NCBI RefSeq assembly: GCF_001652585.1
Contig: NZ_LWLG01000006.1
Span: forward strand, 30,001-62,000
Length of the DNA stretch: 32,000 nt
Direction: 5' to 3'
Source: Thermosulfurimonas dismutans
GTDB lineage: Bacteria; Desulfobacterota; Thermodesulfobacteria; Thermodesulfobacteriales; Thermodesulfobacteriaceae
Shown: one piece after another, positions 7,717 through 18,100 of the stretch
Position numbering within the stretch: position 1 is the stretch's first letter
Layout: every line of letters starts with the position of its first letter
Position numbers and translations under genes: made by a program
The notes under the pieces: model-generated
Database searches by the model: none
Told to the model about the DNA's origin: nothing
The model's input: the letters and a program-made list of their open reading frames with translations, nothing else

Positions 7717-8405
7717 GCTGGCTCTCCATGAGGTGATCTCAGAGGCTCCAGATGGAAACGGTACTCCACTAGATCCACGAGGAGGAGTTTTCCAACCAGA
7801 GTCCCCGGAAGCCCCAGAAGGAGCTTCACCGCCTCCAGGGCCTGAATGGCCCCAAGGGTGAGGCAGATGGGGATCGCTACCGGAGGAGGCTCCGTATCTC
7901 TGGCCCCGGCAAAGATCTCGGAAAGGCGCGGGGTCCTTCCTGGAACGAGGCTCGTCACCTGGCCGAAAAGCCCGTTGAGTCCGGCGTGGACCAAGAAAAT
8001 CCTTTTTTGCCAGCAGGCCTCCTCCAAAAGAAAGCGGGAGGCCCAGTTGTCCAGGGCATCCACGGCCCCAGAGACCCCTTCCGGGAGGGCAAAGCCTGGC
8101 CTGATCTCGGTCCCCAGGGGATGCACCTTAAGGCCGGAAAAGAGACACCCCAGTCTCTCGGCCGCCACCTCCGCCTTGGGCCGGCCCAGGTCTTCCCAGG
8201 TATAAAGGATCTGGCGGTTGAGATCCGGGGGATCCACCCGGCCGGAATCTAGGAGATATAGAGTACCCACCCCCAGGCGGGCCAGGGCCTCGGCCACCAC
8301 ACAGCCCAGGCCCCCTAGCCCGGCCACTAGGAGGGACTTCTCCGCAAGGATCTCCTGGGCTCCGGGGGGAAGGAGGGGTATCTGGCGGGAGAAGACCTCC
8401 CTCAA
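7713..8405 (-). CDS. ThiF/MoeB/HesA-family E1-like adenylyltransferase (short form, no rhodanese domain)
   Basis: The sequence FSRQIPLL..LLVAGLGGLGCVVAEALARLGVGTLYLLDSGRVDPPDLNRQ is a Rossmann nucleotide-binding motif. The TTG start overlaps the moaD-like stop (TTGA). Confidence 0.8.
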   Translation of the reverse strand: MREVFSRQIPLLPPGAQEILAEKSLLVAGLGGLGCVVAEALARLGVGTLYLLDSGRVDPPDLNRQILYTWEDLGRPKAEVAAERLGCLFSGLKVHPLGTEIRPGFALPEGVSGAVDALDNWASRFLLEEACWQKRIFLVHAGLNGLFGQVTSLVPGRTPRLSEIFAGARDTEPPPVAIPICLTLGAIQALEAVKLLLGLPGTLVGKLLLVDLVEYRFHLEPLRSPHGEPA

Positions 8406-8698
8406 CCGCCGCCTCCCGGGGGAAAAACGGAAAGGCTCTCACCCCCGCGCACCGGGGTGGAAAGGCCCTCCAGGTGAAGGACGTTCACCCCATCTTTCAG
8501 GATGATGACCCCGGGGCGGAGGGCCTGGCCCTCAAAGAGCTTCTCCCGCAGAACCTTTCCCCTCTTCTCCCCGAGGACCCGAGCCAGACGCTCAAGGACC
8601 TCCCTTAAAGGGACTTCCCCGGGAAGCTCAAGCTCAACTTCCCCGAGGCCCAGGTCAAGCCGCAGAGTTCCAAAGATCCTGACCCGAACCCGGACCAA
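8402..8698 (-). CDS. MoaD/ThiS-family ubiquitin-like sulfur-carrier protein
   Basis: It is ~98 aa and beta-grasp-like (VRVRIFGTLR...LKDGVNV...GGESLSVFPPGGGG), ending in an exposed Gly-Gly. The TTG start is preceded by a GGGGG SD-like sequence. Confidence 0.75.
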   Translation of the reverse strand: MVRVRVRIFGTLRLDLGLGEVELELPGEVPLREVLERLARVLGEKRGKVLREKLFEGQALRPGVIILKDGVNVLHLEGLSTPVRGGESLSVFPPGGGG

Positions 8699-8707
8699 AT
8701 CCGCCCC

Positions 8708-10516
8708 CTAGGCCAGCCCCAAGGCCTTGAGCTTGTCCGGGGTGGGTTGGCCCGTCTCGTCCCAACCGCGCACGCGGTAGTACTCGGGGAGCATCTCCGA
8801 GAGCCGCACCACCGCCCCCTTGTTCGGGCCCTCGGGCATGGGCTCCTCCAGCATCCGTTTGGGAAGCGTATCCTGCGAGGGGTCCATTCCGGCCCGGAGA
8901 TTGAAGAGGCGCTCCAGGTTCCAGATGCGCTCCCCGCAGGTCATCATCTCCTCCACGGTGTAGTCAAAGCCGGTGGCTGCCGAAAGGAGATCCCGATAGT
9001 CCTCGACCGAGAGGGCAAAAGAGGTGAAGAGACAGAGCCCAATAGAGTCAATAACCGCGGTGAGGTCCTGAAAAATCTTGACCCATTGGGCCTTGCCCTC
9101 CGTGCTCTGGGGATCAAGCTTTTCCGGAACTCCCAGGATCTCTGGCGAGATGAGATAGGCCCGCACGTGGCAGCCGCCGCGGTTTGAAGTGGCGTATCCC
9201 AGGGCGTGCCCCTGGGCCCCGCGGGGATCGTAGGCCGGAAGCTCCTGCCCTTTAACAGACATGGAGAGCTCGGGATGGCCGTAGGCCCGAGCCAGCCTGA
9301 GGGAGCCTTCGGCAAGCTTGTCCCCGAGGCCCCGGCGATAGGCCATGGCCTCAGTGTAATACAGGATGGCCTCGGAACTTCCGAAATGCAGTTCCGGTCC
9401 GGGTCCCAGGTCCTCCTTCGGAAGATAGCCCTTCTCGTAAAGCTCCATGGCGCAGGCGATGGTCACCCCCGCGGAGATGGTGTCAAGCCCCAGGCGGTTG
9501 CAGAGGAAGTTGGCCTCGGTCACGGCAATGAGGTCCTTCACCCCACAGCAGGCCCCGTAGGCCCAGCCGCTCTCGTACTCCGGCCCCTCTCCCTTGCTCC
9601 TGGTGGGAAGCTCGGTCACTCGGGCGCATTTGATGGGGCAGGCGTAGCAGCCCCGGTTCTTCTTGAGGTAGCCCTTCTCCACCAAGGCCTCGCCGGAGAC
9701 CTCGTGTGTGCTATCAAAGACCCCGGTCTGGAAGTTCCGGGTGGGATAGAGGCCGTTTTCGTTGATGATGCTGTCAAGGACCTTGGTCCCCAGCCTGGGG
9801 AGCCCCTCACCGGTCACCGGATTTTTCTCCAGGATCCCGAGTTTTTGCCGGATGAAGTCCATGAAGACCTGTTTGTCCGGGGCCTCGGGGCGCCTGGTGC
9901 CCCGGACCACGATGGCCTTGAGCTTTTTGGCCCCCATGACGGCCCCCACCCCGGAGCGCCCGGCGGCCCGGTGTTTGTCGTTTATCACGCAAGCCAAGCG
10001 CACCCGGTTCTCCCCGGCCGGACCGATGCAGGCCACCCTAGCCCGCTCGTCCCCGATTTCTTCAAGGAGCCGGTCCGTAGTCTCGTGGGTGTCAAGCCCC
10101 CAGAGATGCTCGGCCGGCCTGAGTTCCACCCTGTCGTCCTGGATGAAGAGATACACCGGTTCCCGGGCCTCACCCTCAAACACCACCATATCGTAGCCCG
10201 CGGCCTTGAGCTCGGCCCCGAACTTGCCCCCGGAGTTGGAGCAGGCAATGAGCCCGGTAAGAGGACTTTTGCAAAGAACCATGTAGCGGCCCCCGGTGGG
10301 AGCCGGCGTGCCGGTAAGCGGCCCGGTGGCAAAGATCAGGGGATTCTCCGGTGAGAAGGGATCGGCCGTGGGGTCCATCATCCGCCAAAGATAATAACTC
10401 CCCAGGCCCCTTCCCCCGATGTAAGTCCTCAGGACCTCCTCCGAGGGCCGTTCCTTTTCTATCCGGCCCTCGGTAAGGTTCACCCTCAAAATACACCCCG
10501 CATACGTTCCAGGCAT
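8708..10516 (-). CDS. aor: Aldehyde:ferredoxin oxidoreductase family (tungstopterin enzyme)
   Basis: The N-terminus is YAGCILRVNLTEGRI...IGGRGLGSYYLW. The [4Fe-4S] ligands are CYACPIKC plus DSIGLC. GLDTIS is present and the length is 602 aa. An AAGGAGG SD-like sequence lies upstream. Confidence 0.9.
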   Translation of the reverse strand: MPGTYAGCILRVNLTEGRIEKERPSEEVLRTYIGGRGLGSYYLWRMMDPTADPFSPENPLIFATGPLTGTPAPTGGRYMVLCKSPLTGLIACSNSGGKFGAELKAAGYDMVVFEGEAREPVYLFIQDDRVELRPAEHLWGLDTHETTDRLLEEIGDERARVACIGPAGENRVRLACVINDKHRAAGRSGVGAVMGAKKLKAIVVRGTRRPEAPDKQVFMDFIRQKLGILEKNPVTGEGLPRLGTKVLDSIINENGLYPTRNFQTGVFDSTHEVSGEALVEKGYLKKNRGCYACPIKCARVTELPTRSKGEGPEYESGWAYGACCGVKDLIAVTEANFLCNRLGLDTISAGVTIACAMELYEKGYLPKEDLGPGPELHFGSSEAILYYTEAMAYRRGLGDKLAEGSLRLARAYGHPELSMSVKGQELPAYDPRGAQGHALGYATSNRGGCHVRAYLISPEILGVPEKLDPQSTEGKAQWVKIFQDLTAVIDSIGLCLFTSFALSVEDYRDLLSAATGFDYTVEEMMTCGERIWNLERLFNLRAGMDPSQDTLPKRMLEEPMPEGPNKGAVVRLSEMLPEYYRVRGWDETGQPTPDKLKALGLA

Positions 10517-10546
10517 AACGGACCTCCTTAGAGCAGAATTAGATCT

Positions 10547-10555
10547 ATTATACCA
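10547..10555 (-). promoter_or_regulatory. Extended -10 promoter element (TGGTATAAT) for the aor operon
   Basis: The minus strand reads CTTTACTGGTATAATAGATCTAATTCTGCTCTAAGGAGGTCCGTTATG. The element is a perfect TATAAT with an upstream TG, about 30 nt before the SD-like sequence. Confidence 0.5.
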
Positions 10556-10801
10556 GTAAAGTGGGTTAGGAAAGCATTTTTTTAGGCCAAGCCGGTTCTA
10601 GTCCCTTGCAGGTCCGTTTTTTTCTGCCATCTATTTTTGGAATCCTGGAGAGGCGAAAGATACCAACCACCGAATCCTGCGAAACAGGCTTTAAGCGGAT
10701 CGATAGAAAGGAATACCCTTCATAATTGCGTCAGAACAAATAGGGCTTCTTTACAAGCTATCTATAAATTGAAAAAATTTGGTGTCGCTTAATGACTCTT
10801 C

Positions 10802-10828
10802 TTGACAATATAGCTATTTGGCTATATA
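10802..10828 (+). promoter_or_regulatory. Putative sigma70-type promoter with an embedded ArsR-type operator
   Basis: TTGACA (10802-10807) and TATATA (10823-10828) flank a perfect 7-bp inverted repeat, ATATAGC-N6-GCTATAT (10808-10827). Confidence 0.55.
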
Positions 10829-11223
10829 TGAAAAAGACTATGAAGAAACTGGAAAAGCGACTCAAGGCTCTGGCAGATGGCACCCGGTTAAAAATACTAG
10901 GGCTGCTTTCGGTAAGGCCCTGTTGCGTGTGTGAGCTTTCGGCGGTCATCGGTTACACCCAGCCTACCCTTACGCGTCACCTCCAGAAACTCACCGAGGC
11001 CGGATTCCTTTCGGTAGAACGGCGGGGGTTTTTCCAGATCTACCGCCTGGCCCCGGAGGACCAGGAGGCCGAAAGACTGCTCGCCCTAGTGCTCTCCGAA
11101 ATTCGGGAAACAACGGAATACGAAAGGCTTGTCGAAAGACTCCGGGTCGAGGGGAGACTCCCAAACCTTTTGCCTACGGAAGAAAACGGGAGTAAGGCCT
11201 ATGAATTGGCGAAAAGAGCTTAG
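10828..11223 (+). CDS. ArsR/SmtB-family metal(loid)-responsive transcriptional repressor
   Basis: It has [50 protein letters not shown], a winged HTH with a CVC-type sensing motif. The start is uncertain: 10792, 10828 or 10840 are all in frame. If the TTGACA/TATATA promoter is real, 10840 is the start. Confidence 0.85.
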   Translation: MKKTMKKLEKRLKALADGTRLKILGLLSVRPCCVCELSAVIGYTQPTLTRHLQKLTEAGFLSVERRGFFQIYRLAPEDQEAERLLALVLSEIRETTEYERLVERLRVEGRLPNLLPTEENGSKAYELAKRA

Positions 11224-12484
11224 GTTCATCCTTCTCGGGACGGTAGTTTTTACAATTTTTTACTTTTGGCCGTATCTGATTCCTGGTCTTTCAGGAGACA
11301 TCGCTCCAGGAGAGGACTCCCGACTCTTTATAGCCTTGAAGGAAGGACTCCTTTTCGTCCACGAATACGCTCGGGAACACGTAATCCTCTGTTTACTCCC
11401 GGCCTTTTTCATCGCCGGAGCCATAAGCGTTTTTCTATCCAAGGAATCTGTTATGCGCTATCTGGGGCCAAAGGCCCCCCGGCCAGTGGCCTACGGAATG
11501 GCCTCGGTGGCAGGGACCATCCTTGCGGTCTGTTCCTGCACAGTGCTGCCACTTTTTGCCGGCATTTACATGCGAGGGGCAGGGCTAGGTCCTGCCACCA
11601 CCTTTCTTTACTCTGGGCCAGCCATAAATGTGTTAGCTATCGTGTTTACCGCCGGGGTCCTGGGACCGGCCTTGGGCATAGCTCGGGGGCTTACGGCCGT
11701 AGGCACGAGCGTCATCATTGGGCTAACTATGGCGTTTTTATTTCGACGCGAGGAGGCGGCCAGAGCCGCGGAGATGGAAACACTCGAAGCCGAAAAGACT
11801 CGCCCCTTTTGGCAGAGTCTACTTTTCATGGCCACGTTGATAGCCATTCTCCTTTTCGCTCACGATAAGAAGTGGATCTTTCTCGCTCTAGCGGCCTTTC
11901 TACTTGCCTTTGAACTCGTCTTCCTTTTTCGGGTGCCGTTTACCGGAGTTCTTTTTACTGGAGGTCTTGTTCTTGGAGCCGAGTTGCTCTTTAGGGGCCA
12001 CGAGCTTTCCTTTATTCTGGGGATAGTCGGCCTTTCAGTCTTTCTCCATCGGGCCGGGGGGGAGGCTCGTGAGTGGCTTACGTCCTCCTATTTCCTAGCT
12101 CGGCAGATCCTGCCCCTTCTTTTTCTGGGGGTGTTTTTCGCCGGTTTTTTCTTGGGAAGACCGGGGACGGAGGGGCTCATCCCATCGCACTACGTAGCCA
12201 AGCTGGTGGGTGGAAACTCGCTTTCGGCCAACCTTTTTGCCTCCGTGGTAGGGGCCCTCATGTACTTCGCCACCCTAACGGAGATCCCCATTCTTCAGGG
12301 ACTACTAGGAGCCGGGATGGGAATCGGGCCAGCGCTGGCGCTGTTGCTTTCCGGTCCGGCAGTCTCTCTTCCCAACCTACTCGTCATCCGCTCGGTCCTC
12401 GGGATGCGAAAGACCATAGCCTACCTGGCCCTGGTGGTCACGGTTTCTACCCTTTCGGGTTTCATTTTCGGAAAAGTTTTCTGA
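11201..12484 (+). CDS. COG0701 / ArsP-like (DUF318) permease
   Basis: It is polytopic and carries the vicinal-cysteine motif [13 protein letters not shown]. The ATG at 11201 is preceded by GGGAG. It overlaps the arsR-like gene by 23 nt. Confidence 0.8.
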   Translation: MNWRKELRFILLGTVVFTIFYFWPYLIPGLSGDIAPGEDSRLFIALKEGLLFVHEYAREHVILCLLPAFFIAGAISVFLSKESVMRYLGPKAPRPVAYGMASVAGTILAVCSCTVLPLFAGIYMRGAGLGPATTFLYSGPAINVLAIVFTAGVLGPALGIARGLTAVGTSVIIGLTMAFLFRREEAARAAEMETLEAEKTRPFWQSLLFMATLIAILLFAHDKKWIFLALAAFLLAFELVFLFRVPFTGVLFTGGLVLGAELLFRGHELSFILGIVGLSVFLHRAGGEAREWLTSSYFLARQILPLLFLGVFFAGFFLGRPGTEGLIPSHYVAKLVGGNSLSANLFASVVGALMYFATLTEIPILQGLLGAGMGIGPALALLLSGPAVSLPNLLVIRSVLGMRKTIAYLALVVTVSTLSGFIFGKVF

Positions 12485-12496
12485 AGGAGGTCCGAT

Positions 12497-12742
12497 ATGG
12501 CACGGGAAATCAAGGTCTTTGGTCAGGGCTGCTCCCGATGTGAGGCCCTTTACGACCATGTAATTCTGGCCCTGGATGAGCTGGGAATAGAGGCCACGGT
12601 AGAGAAGGTGCGGGACCTCAAGCAAATGGCAGTCCACGGGGTGATGAACCCTCCGGGACTTGCGGTGGATGGCCAAGTGGTCTCCCAGGGAAAGGTCCTC
12701 TCCGTGGAAGAGATCAAAAAGATTCTTGTAAAAGACGAGTAA
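12497..12742 (+). CDS. Small thioredoxin-fold protein ('redox-active disulfide protein 2' type)
   Basis: It is 81 aa, MAREIKVFGQGCSRCEAL, with a CxxC motif. An AAGGAGG SD-like sequence lies upstream. This protein is a usual partner of the COG0701 permease and ArsR. Confidence 0.8.
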   Translation: MAREIKVFGQGCSRCEALYDHVILALDELGIEATVEKVRDLKQMAVHGVMNPPGLAVDGQVVSQGKVLSVEEIKKILVKDE

Positions 12743-14071
12743 ATGGGACGGTTTTTAATTCTTAGCGCCTTGCTGTTTTTAGGATGTCCTCTTCTAGTTG
12801 AAGCTCTCACCCTTTCCGAGGCTATTTCCCGGGCCCTTGAGAACAACCCGGAGATCCTAGCCAGGGGACACGAGGTTGCGGCGGCCGAAGCCGCCCGGCA
12901 AGCAGAATGGGGGGCACTCCTCCCGCAGGTAAATCTCCTAGCCCAGGCCAGCCGGCTGAGCGACCCCCAGGCCGTAACCTCTATCAAGGGACCGAACCGG
13001 TTTCCGAGCTTCAGCCGAGACATTTACCTTTTTGATGTCAATTTAGTGCTTCCGCTTTATGAGGGCGGGAGAATCCGTAAACGGGTCAAGATGGCGAAAC
13101 TTGAAACCGCTCTCCGAGAAAGTCTTAAATACCAGACGGCCCTAGACCTTATCGCTAACGTCAGGGAGACCTATCTCCTAGCCCTCTATCTCAAGGCCCT
13201 CGTTCAGGCCCGTGAAAAGACCCTTGAGGCCTTAAAGCGTGTGGCCGAGGAGGCCCGGCTCCGGCTTTCCGTTGGCCGCATCGCCCCTCTTGATCTCATG
13301 CGCATTGAGACCCAGGTAAAGGCCGAGGAGGCCGCACTTGCCGAAAGCCGCGAGGCTCTGCGTCGGGCCAAAGAGGCCCTCTCCGTCCTTATGGGAGAAC
13401 CTCCTCGAAGTGATTTTGAGCTTACGGGAAAGCTTGAGGAAAGGCTCATTGAGCCCGAAGCCCCGGACTGGGAGAGGGTCCTTGCCTGTCGACCGGATAT
13501 TGCGGCCCAGAGGCGGGCCGTGGCCCGAGCCGAGGAGGCGGTAAAGCTTGCCTTCCGGGGGCACTTTCCGGCGGTAGAGCTTTTTTCGAACTATGGCCGT
13601 CGGGCGGGTTCAGGATTTAACGACAGTGAAGAGGTCTGGGAGGCGGGCGTAAGGCTAAAACTCAACTTCTTTAGCGGCGGCACGCTTTCGGCCCGGGTGG
13701 CCGAGGCCCGTGCAAAGTGGCTTGCCGAAAGGGAAAAGTTAAGGGCCCTTGAACTTTCCGCACGTAAGGAGATTTCCACAGCCCTCTCGCACCTTGCTGA
13801 AACCAGGGAACAAATAGCCCACTTTGAGGCCGCAAGGCAAACGGCCAAGGAAGCCTTTCGAGTAGCTAGCCTCAAGTATCGCACTGGGGCCGGCACGGTA
13901 ACGGATATGCTCCTTTCCCAGGCGGCCTGGTTTTCTGCCGAAACGGACTATCTTTCGGCCCTTTACCGGCACGCCCAGGCCCTCATCGCCTACGAGCGGG
14001 CTACCGCCGAGATCGCTCGCGGTTTCCTAAATCTTTCCTGCGAGGAGAATCGCTATGTTTCGAAACCTTAA
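12743..14071 (+). CDS. TolC-family outer-membrane efflux protein
   Basis: It has a signal peptide, LTLSEAISRALENNPEI, and two OEP repeats. Its ATG directly abuts the preceding TAA. Confidence 0.85.
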   Translation: MGRFLILSALLFLGCPLLVEALTLSEAISRALENNPEILARGHEVAAAEAARQAEWGALLPQVNLLAQASRLSDPQAVTSIKGPNRFPSFSRDIYLFDVNLVLPLYEGGRIRKRVKMAKLETALRESLKYQTALDLIANVRETYLLALYLKALVQAREKTLEALKRVAEEARLRLSVGRIAPLDLMRIETQVKAEEAALAESREALRRAKEALSVLMGEPPRSDFELTGKLEERLIEPEAPDWERVLACRPDIAAQRRAVARAEEAVKLAFRGHFPAVELFSNYGRRAGSGFNDSEEVWEAGVRLKLNFFSGGTLSARVAEARAKWLAEREKLRALELSARKEISTALSHLAETREQIAHFEAARQTAKEAFRVASLKYRTGAGTVTDMLLSQAAWFSAETDYLSALYRHAQALIAYERATAEIARGFLNLSCEENRYVSKP

Positions 14072-15176
14072 AATTCTGATCGCCCTCCTATTGATGGCCG
14101 GCCTGGCTCTGGTGGCCGTAAAGACGGTCAAAAAGAAAAAGGCCGCGCTAGAAAGACTCTCCCCACCCCAAGTGTCACCTCTTCCGGTGGAGGTGGTTCG
14201 GGTAAAGGTCGGCCCCCTTCTCGTAACCGAACACTATCTGGGAGAAATACGGCCCGTACTTTCCGCTCGGCTCTCCTCACGGATTACGGGCTATCTCCTT
14301 GAGGTACGGAAGTACGAGGGGGATCCGGTCAAGAAAGGTGAGGTGCTCGCCCGTATAGATGACCGCAAAATCAGAGCGCAGATGGGGGCTCTTTCCGCCC
14401 AGATTTCCGCCGCCGAGACGGAATTTCTCACTCGTAAACACATCTATGAGAGGGACCGCACGCTTTTTGAAAACCAGGCCATCTCCCGTGAGGCCTATGA
14501 GCTCTCAAAGGCAGCCTTTGAAAATGCGAAAGCGAGGCTTGCGGCCTTAAAAAAAGAGCTTTCCGCCGTGAAGTCCGATCTCGCCTACACCATGATCCAG
14601 GCCCCGTTTTCGGGGCTGGTTTCCCATAGATTCAGGGAGCCCGGAGAGCTGGTTCTTCCAGGAATCCCCATCCTTGAGATTGAGGCTCCGGAAGAGGGCT
14701 ACCGCATCTTCGTGCGAGTGCCCCAGAGGAAAGCCGCTTACATAAAGGAGGGCTCGAAAGCCGTTCTTTCCGAGGGCCGGAGGAGACTTTCCGTTTCGGT
14801 GTTCCGGGTGCATCCGGCGGTTAGCGAGAATGGACTGGCTACGGTTGAGATCCGGGTCGCCGAACGGCCCTTCGGACTTCCAAGTGGGGCGAAAGTGGGC
14901 GTTGATCTGGTGATGAAAGAAGTCCAGGGAGCCATCGTACCTTTAAAGAGTCTACTTGAAACTACCGAAAAGACCTATGTTTTTCTAGCAAAAACCGAAG
15001 AGGGAGATCTTGCCTCGGTCCGGAGCGTCCCGGTCATGGTGCTGGGAAGAAATGGGAATCTAGTTGCGGTCTCTGGAAGGATCTCTGAAGGCGATTGGGT
15101 CATCGTAGCCGAAGAATCCACTCTTTTGAGGCTTCACGAGGGAATGAAGGTTCAGGTGACCGAGAAGGCAAAATGA
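14055..15176 (+). CDS. Efflux RND periplasmic adaptor (MFP/HlyD family)
   Basis: It has an N-terminal TM anchor, a coiled-coil hairpin, and the lipoyl-like YTMIQAPFSGLVS. It overlaps tolC by 17 nt. Confidence 0.85.
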   Translation: MFRNLKILIALLLMAGLALVAVKTVKKKKAALERLSPPQVSPLPVEVVRVKVGPLLVTEHYLGEIRPVLSARLSSRITGYLLEVRKYEGDPVKKGEVLARIDDRKIRAQMGALSAQISAAETEFLTRKHIYERDRTLFENQAISREAYELSKAAFENAKARLAALKKELSAVKSDLAYTMIQAPFSGLVSHRFREPGELVLPGIPILEIEAPEEGYRIFVRVPQRKAAYIKEGSKAVLSEGRRRLSVSVFRVHPAVSENGLATVEIRVAERPFGLPSGAKVGVDLVMKEVQGAIVPLKSLLETTEKTYVFLAKTEEGDLASVRSVPVMVLGRNGNLVAVSGRISEGDWVIVAEESTLLRLHEGMKVQVTEKAK

Positions 15177-18100
15177 GTTTTCTTGAACGCTATTTTCAAA
15201 ACCCCTATCTCATCACCTCCCTCCTAATCTTAGGGGTGGTTCTGGGATTTCGTAGCTTTCAAAAGATGCCACTTAACCTTTTTCCGGATGCCAACTACCC
15301 CAAGATTGCGGTGATCCTCGTATGGCCGGGAGCTTCGGCTGAGGATATGGAGGACAAGGTAGCCCGGCCGGTGGAAAAGGAGCTTGCCACGCTGGACCTG
15401 GTCCGCAAAGTCAAGTCCTCCTCCCGGGATGAGGTGGCCGCAGTCTCCGTAGAATTCGAGTACGAAAAGAGCCTAGATTCCGCGGAGGTAGATGTCTCGG
15501 CAGTGCTTGATCGCATCTGGGCGGATCTACCACGTGGGCTCCTTCCCCCGCGTATCTTTCGGATAAGCGACGCTACCACCCCGGTCTGCACGCTGGCGGT
15601 CTCGCCCAAACCGGGCACACACCTTGACCTCGCCAAAGTTAGACAGATCGCGGACAATGAACTCCGTGAGGCCCTGCTGCGTATCCCTGAGGTGGCCCAG
15701 GTAGAAGTCTTCGGGGGCTATCTTCCTGAAATACGGGTAGAGATTGATCGCGATCGGATGGCCCGCTATGGACTCTCCCTCTCGCAGGTGATCTCCGCGC
15801 TCTATGCTCAGAACCTCAATATCCCTGGAGGGCTTATCCTTCGGAATCGGGACCAGATCCTGATCAAGGTTACCGGAGAGGTCCTGGAACGAGAAAAACT
15901 CGGAGATCTCGTGGTAGCGAGCTTTGAGGACGGAGAAATCCATCTCCGGGACATCGCTGAGATCCGGATCTTTTATGCCGAAAGACAGAGCTTGTTCCAC
16001 GGGAACGGACGGCCAGCCATAGGGCTCAACATCCTGCGACCGGAAAAAGGACACGTAACCAACACCCTTTCCGCCCTTCGTCGGGAGCTTCCCCGAATAA
16101 AGAAAACTTTTCCGGACCTCGTAATCGAGGTCGCCGATACGCAGGCGGACCTCATCCGAACTTCCACCTCCAATATGGTCGAGGCCCTGAGGGACGCCAT
16201 CCTCCTCACGGTGGCCGTAATCTTTTTCTTTCTGGCAAGGGGAAGGGTGACGCTTCTCGCCGCGGTCTCCATTCCGTTCACCTATTTCATGACCTTCTTT
16301 GGAATGCGGGTACTGGGTTTTGAACTCAACATCGTAACGCTTACGGCGGTGATCATCGCCGTGGGCTTGCTCGTGGACGATGCCATCGTAGTCATCGAGA
16401 ACATCGATCGGCACATCCGCTTGGGTAAAAACCCTCGCGAAGCCGCGCTTTCGGGCACAAACGAGATCTGGCTTGCCGACTTCGCCGGAACCCTTACCAC
16501 CATCGTGGTACTCGTTCCCATCATGTTCGTTGGAGGTTATGTAGAAAAGATCCTGCGGCCGCTTGCGGTCGTGCTTACGCTCGCGCTCCTTTCATCCTAC
16601 GTGATTTCCATCACAGTCATACCGCTCCTAGCCCCGAAGGTCCTCCGGGACGACACCCAGCGGAACTTCTTGGAAAGGATCTTTTATCGGCTTAGCAAGC
16701 TCTTGCTTAATCCCCTGCGGAATTTCTTTACTGGGCTTTTCGTCCTGGCTGAAAGGCGAAGACTCCTTTTCATAGCCGGGGCCATCGGACTCCTTGTGGT
16801 GAGTCTACGGCAGATGCCCCTTGTGGGCCGGGATCTCATGCCGCCTATGGACACCGGTATCATCAAGGTCTCCTTTGAAACCGAGCCCAACACGGTACTT
16901 GCTCACACCGAGGAGATCGTAAATCAGATGGAAAAAATCATACGGAACACCCCGGGATTCATTCGCATGGCCACCGTGGTGGGAAGCGAACCCGAGGTCA
17001 TAAGCTTTGGGGCCGAGCGCACCCCGCAACAGGGGCTCATCACCGCCCATTTTGTGGACCGTTTCCATCGGAAAAAGTCCATCTGGGAAATCGAAGACGA
17101 ATTGCGGAAAGCCTTTTCCCGGATTCCTGGCCTTAAGTATATCCATGTTTACGAGTTCGGAGCCACGCCCCTTTCCTCCATTACCGCACCGGTGGAGGTC
17201 ATGATAAGCGGCCCGGACATAAAAATTCTGGATCAACTGGCCGAAGAGGTCAAAAGTCGGCTTTACCAAGTTAAAGGCCTTACCACTATTTCACGGAACT
17301 GGGACATGGAAAAGCGGGAGGTACACCTTAAGCTTGATCTTGAAAGGCTTTCCCGTTACGGACTTTCGCCTACTTCTTTGGCCGAAGCCATTCGAGGGGC
17401 CTTCTCCGGGGCTAAAGCCACCGTGCTCCGAGTTCCCGGAGAGGACGGCTACATCGTGACTGTAAGACTGCCATTAGAAGCACGCTCTTCGCTTTCTGAT
17501 CTCAAGACTTTTGAGATCGCAACTAAAAAAGGCCCTGTACCCTTAAATGAACTTGCGGACTTTGAGGTGGTTAAGACTCTTACGGTTTTTACCCGCGAGA
17601 ATCTCTCCCCGGTAGTAAATGTCCTGGGATATCGAACTACCGCTGCTATCACCCATCTTCAGCTCCAAGTGGAGGAGGTCCTTTCGGACCTTCTGCTTCC
17701 GCCCGGTTACCGGATATCGCAGGAAGGTGAGATCAAACCCATGAAGGAAGCCTTCGGACGGCTTAGAGGAGCCATTATTGTATCCCTTATCCTCCTTTAC
17801 TTCGCCTTGGTGCCCACCTTCCGTTCCTTCGGACACCCCTTAACTATCATGGTGGCCATACCGCTATCGCTTATTGGGGCGGTCTGGGGCCTGCTGATCG
17901 TCGGCCGCCACTTCTGCATGCCGGCTTTCATGGGACTCATCCTCCTTTCCGGGATCGTGGTCAACAACTCTATTATTCTTATAGATTTCATCGAAAGGGC
18001 CCGGGCCAGGGGAAGCTCCCGGCGAGAGGCCATCCTTTCGGCCATCCGCATAAGGACCCGGCCCATCATCATGACCGCGGCCTCCACCATCACCGGCATG

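Noticed and set aside
9206-10354. A 382-aa plus-strand ORF, together with many 60-150-aa ORFs on both strands across 7846-10496.
   Set aside because: They lie antisense to or out of frame with the clearly recognisable aor, moaD-like and thiF-like genes. Their translations are low-complexity and rich in Pro, Gly, Arg and Ala. This is typical of stop-codon depletion in >60% GC DNA.
10530-10790. A Moco/Tuco riboswitch upstream of the tungstoenzyme gene aor.
   Set aside because: By eye I could not find the conserved core strings I recall for that motif. A strong extended -10 promoter sits only about 30 nt from the SD, leaving too short a leader. A covariance-model scan is needed to exclude it formally.
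15527-16414. A 295-aa minus-strand ORF inside the RND gene. Similar antisense ORFs lie at 18534-19220 (inside the MBL gene), 19759-20427 (inside the glcD-like gene) and 29418-30923 (inside smc).
   Set aside because: They oppose genes with strong family motifs. They have no SD and no recognisable domains, and their compositions are Ser/Arg-rich mirror images of the sense strand.
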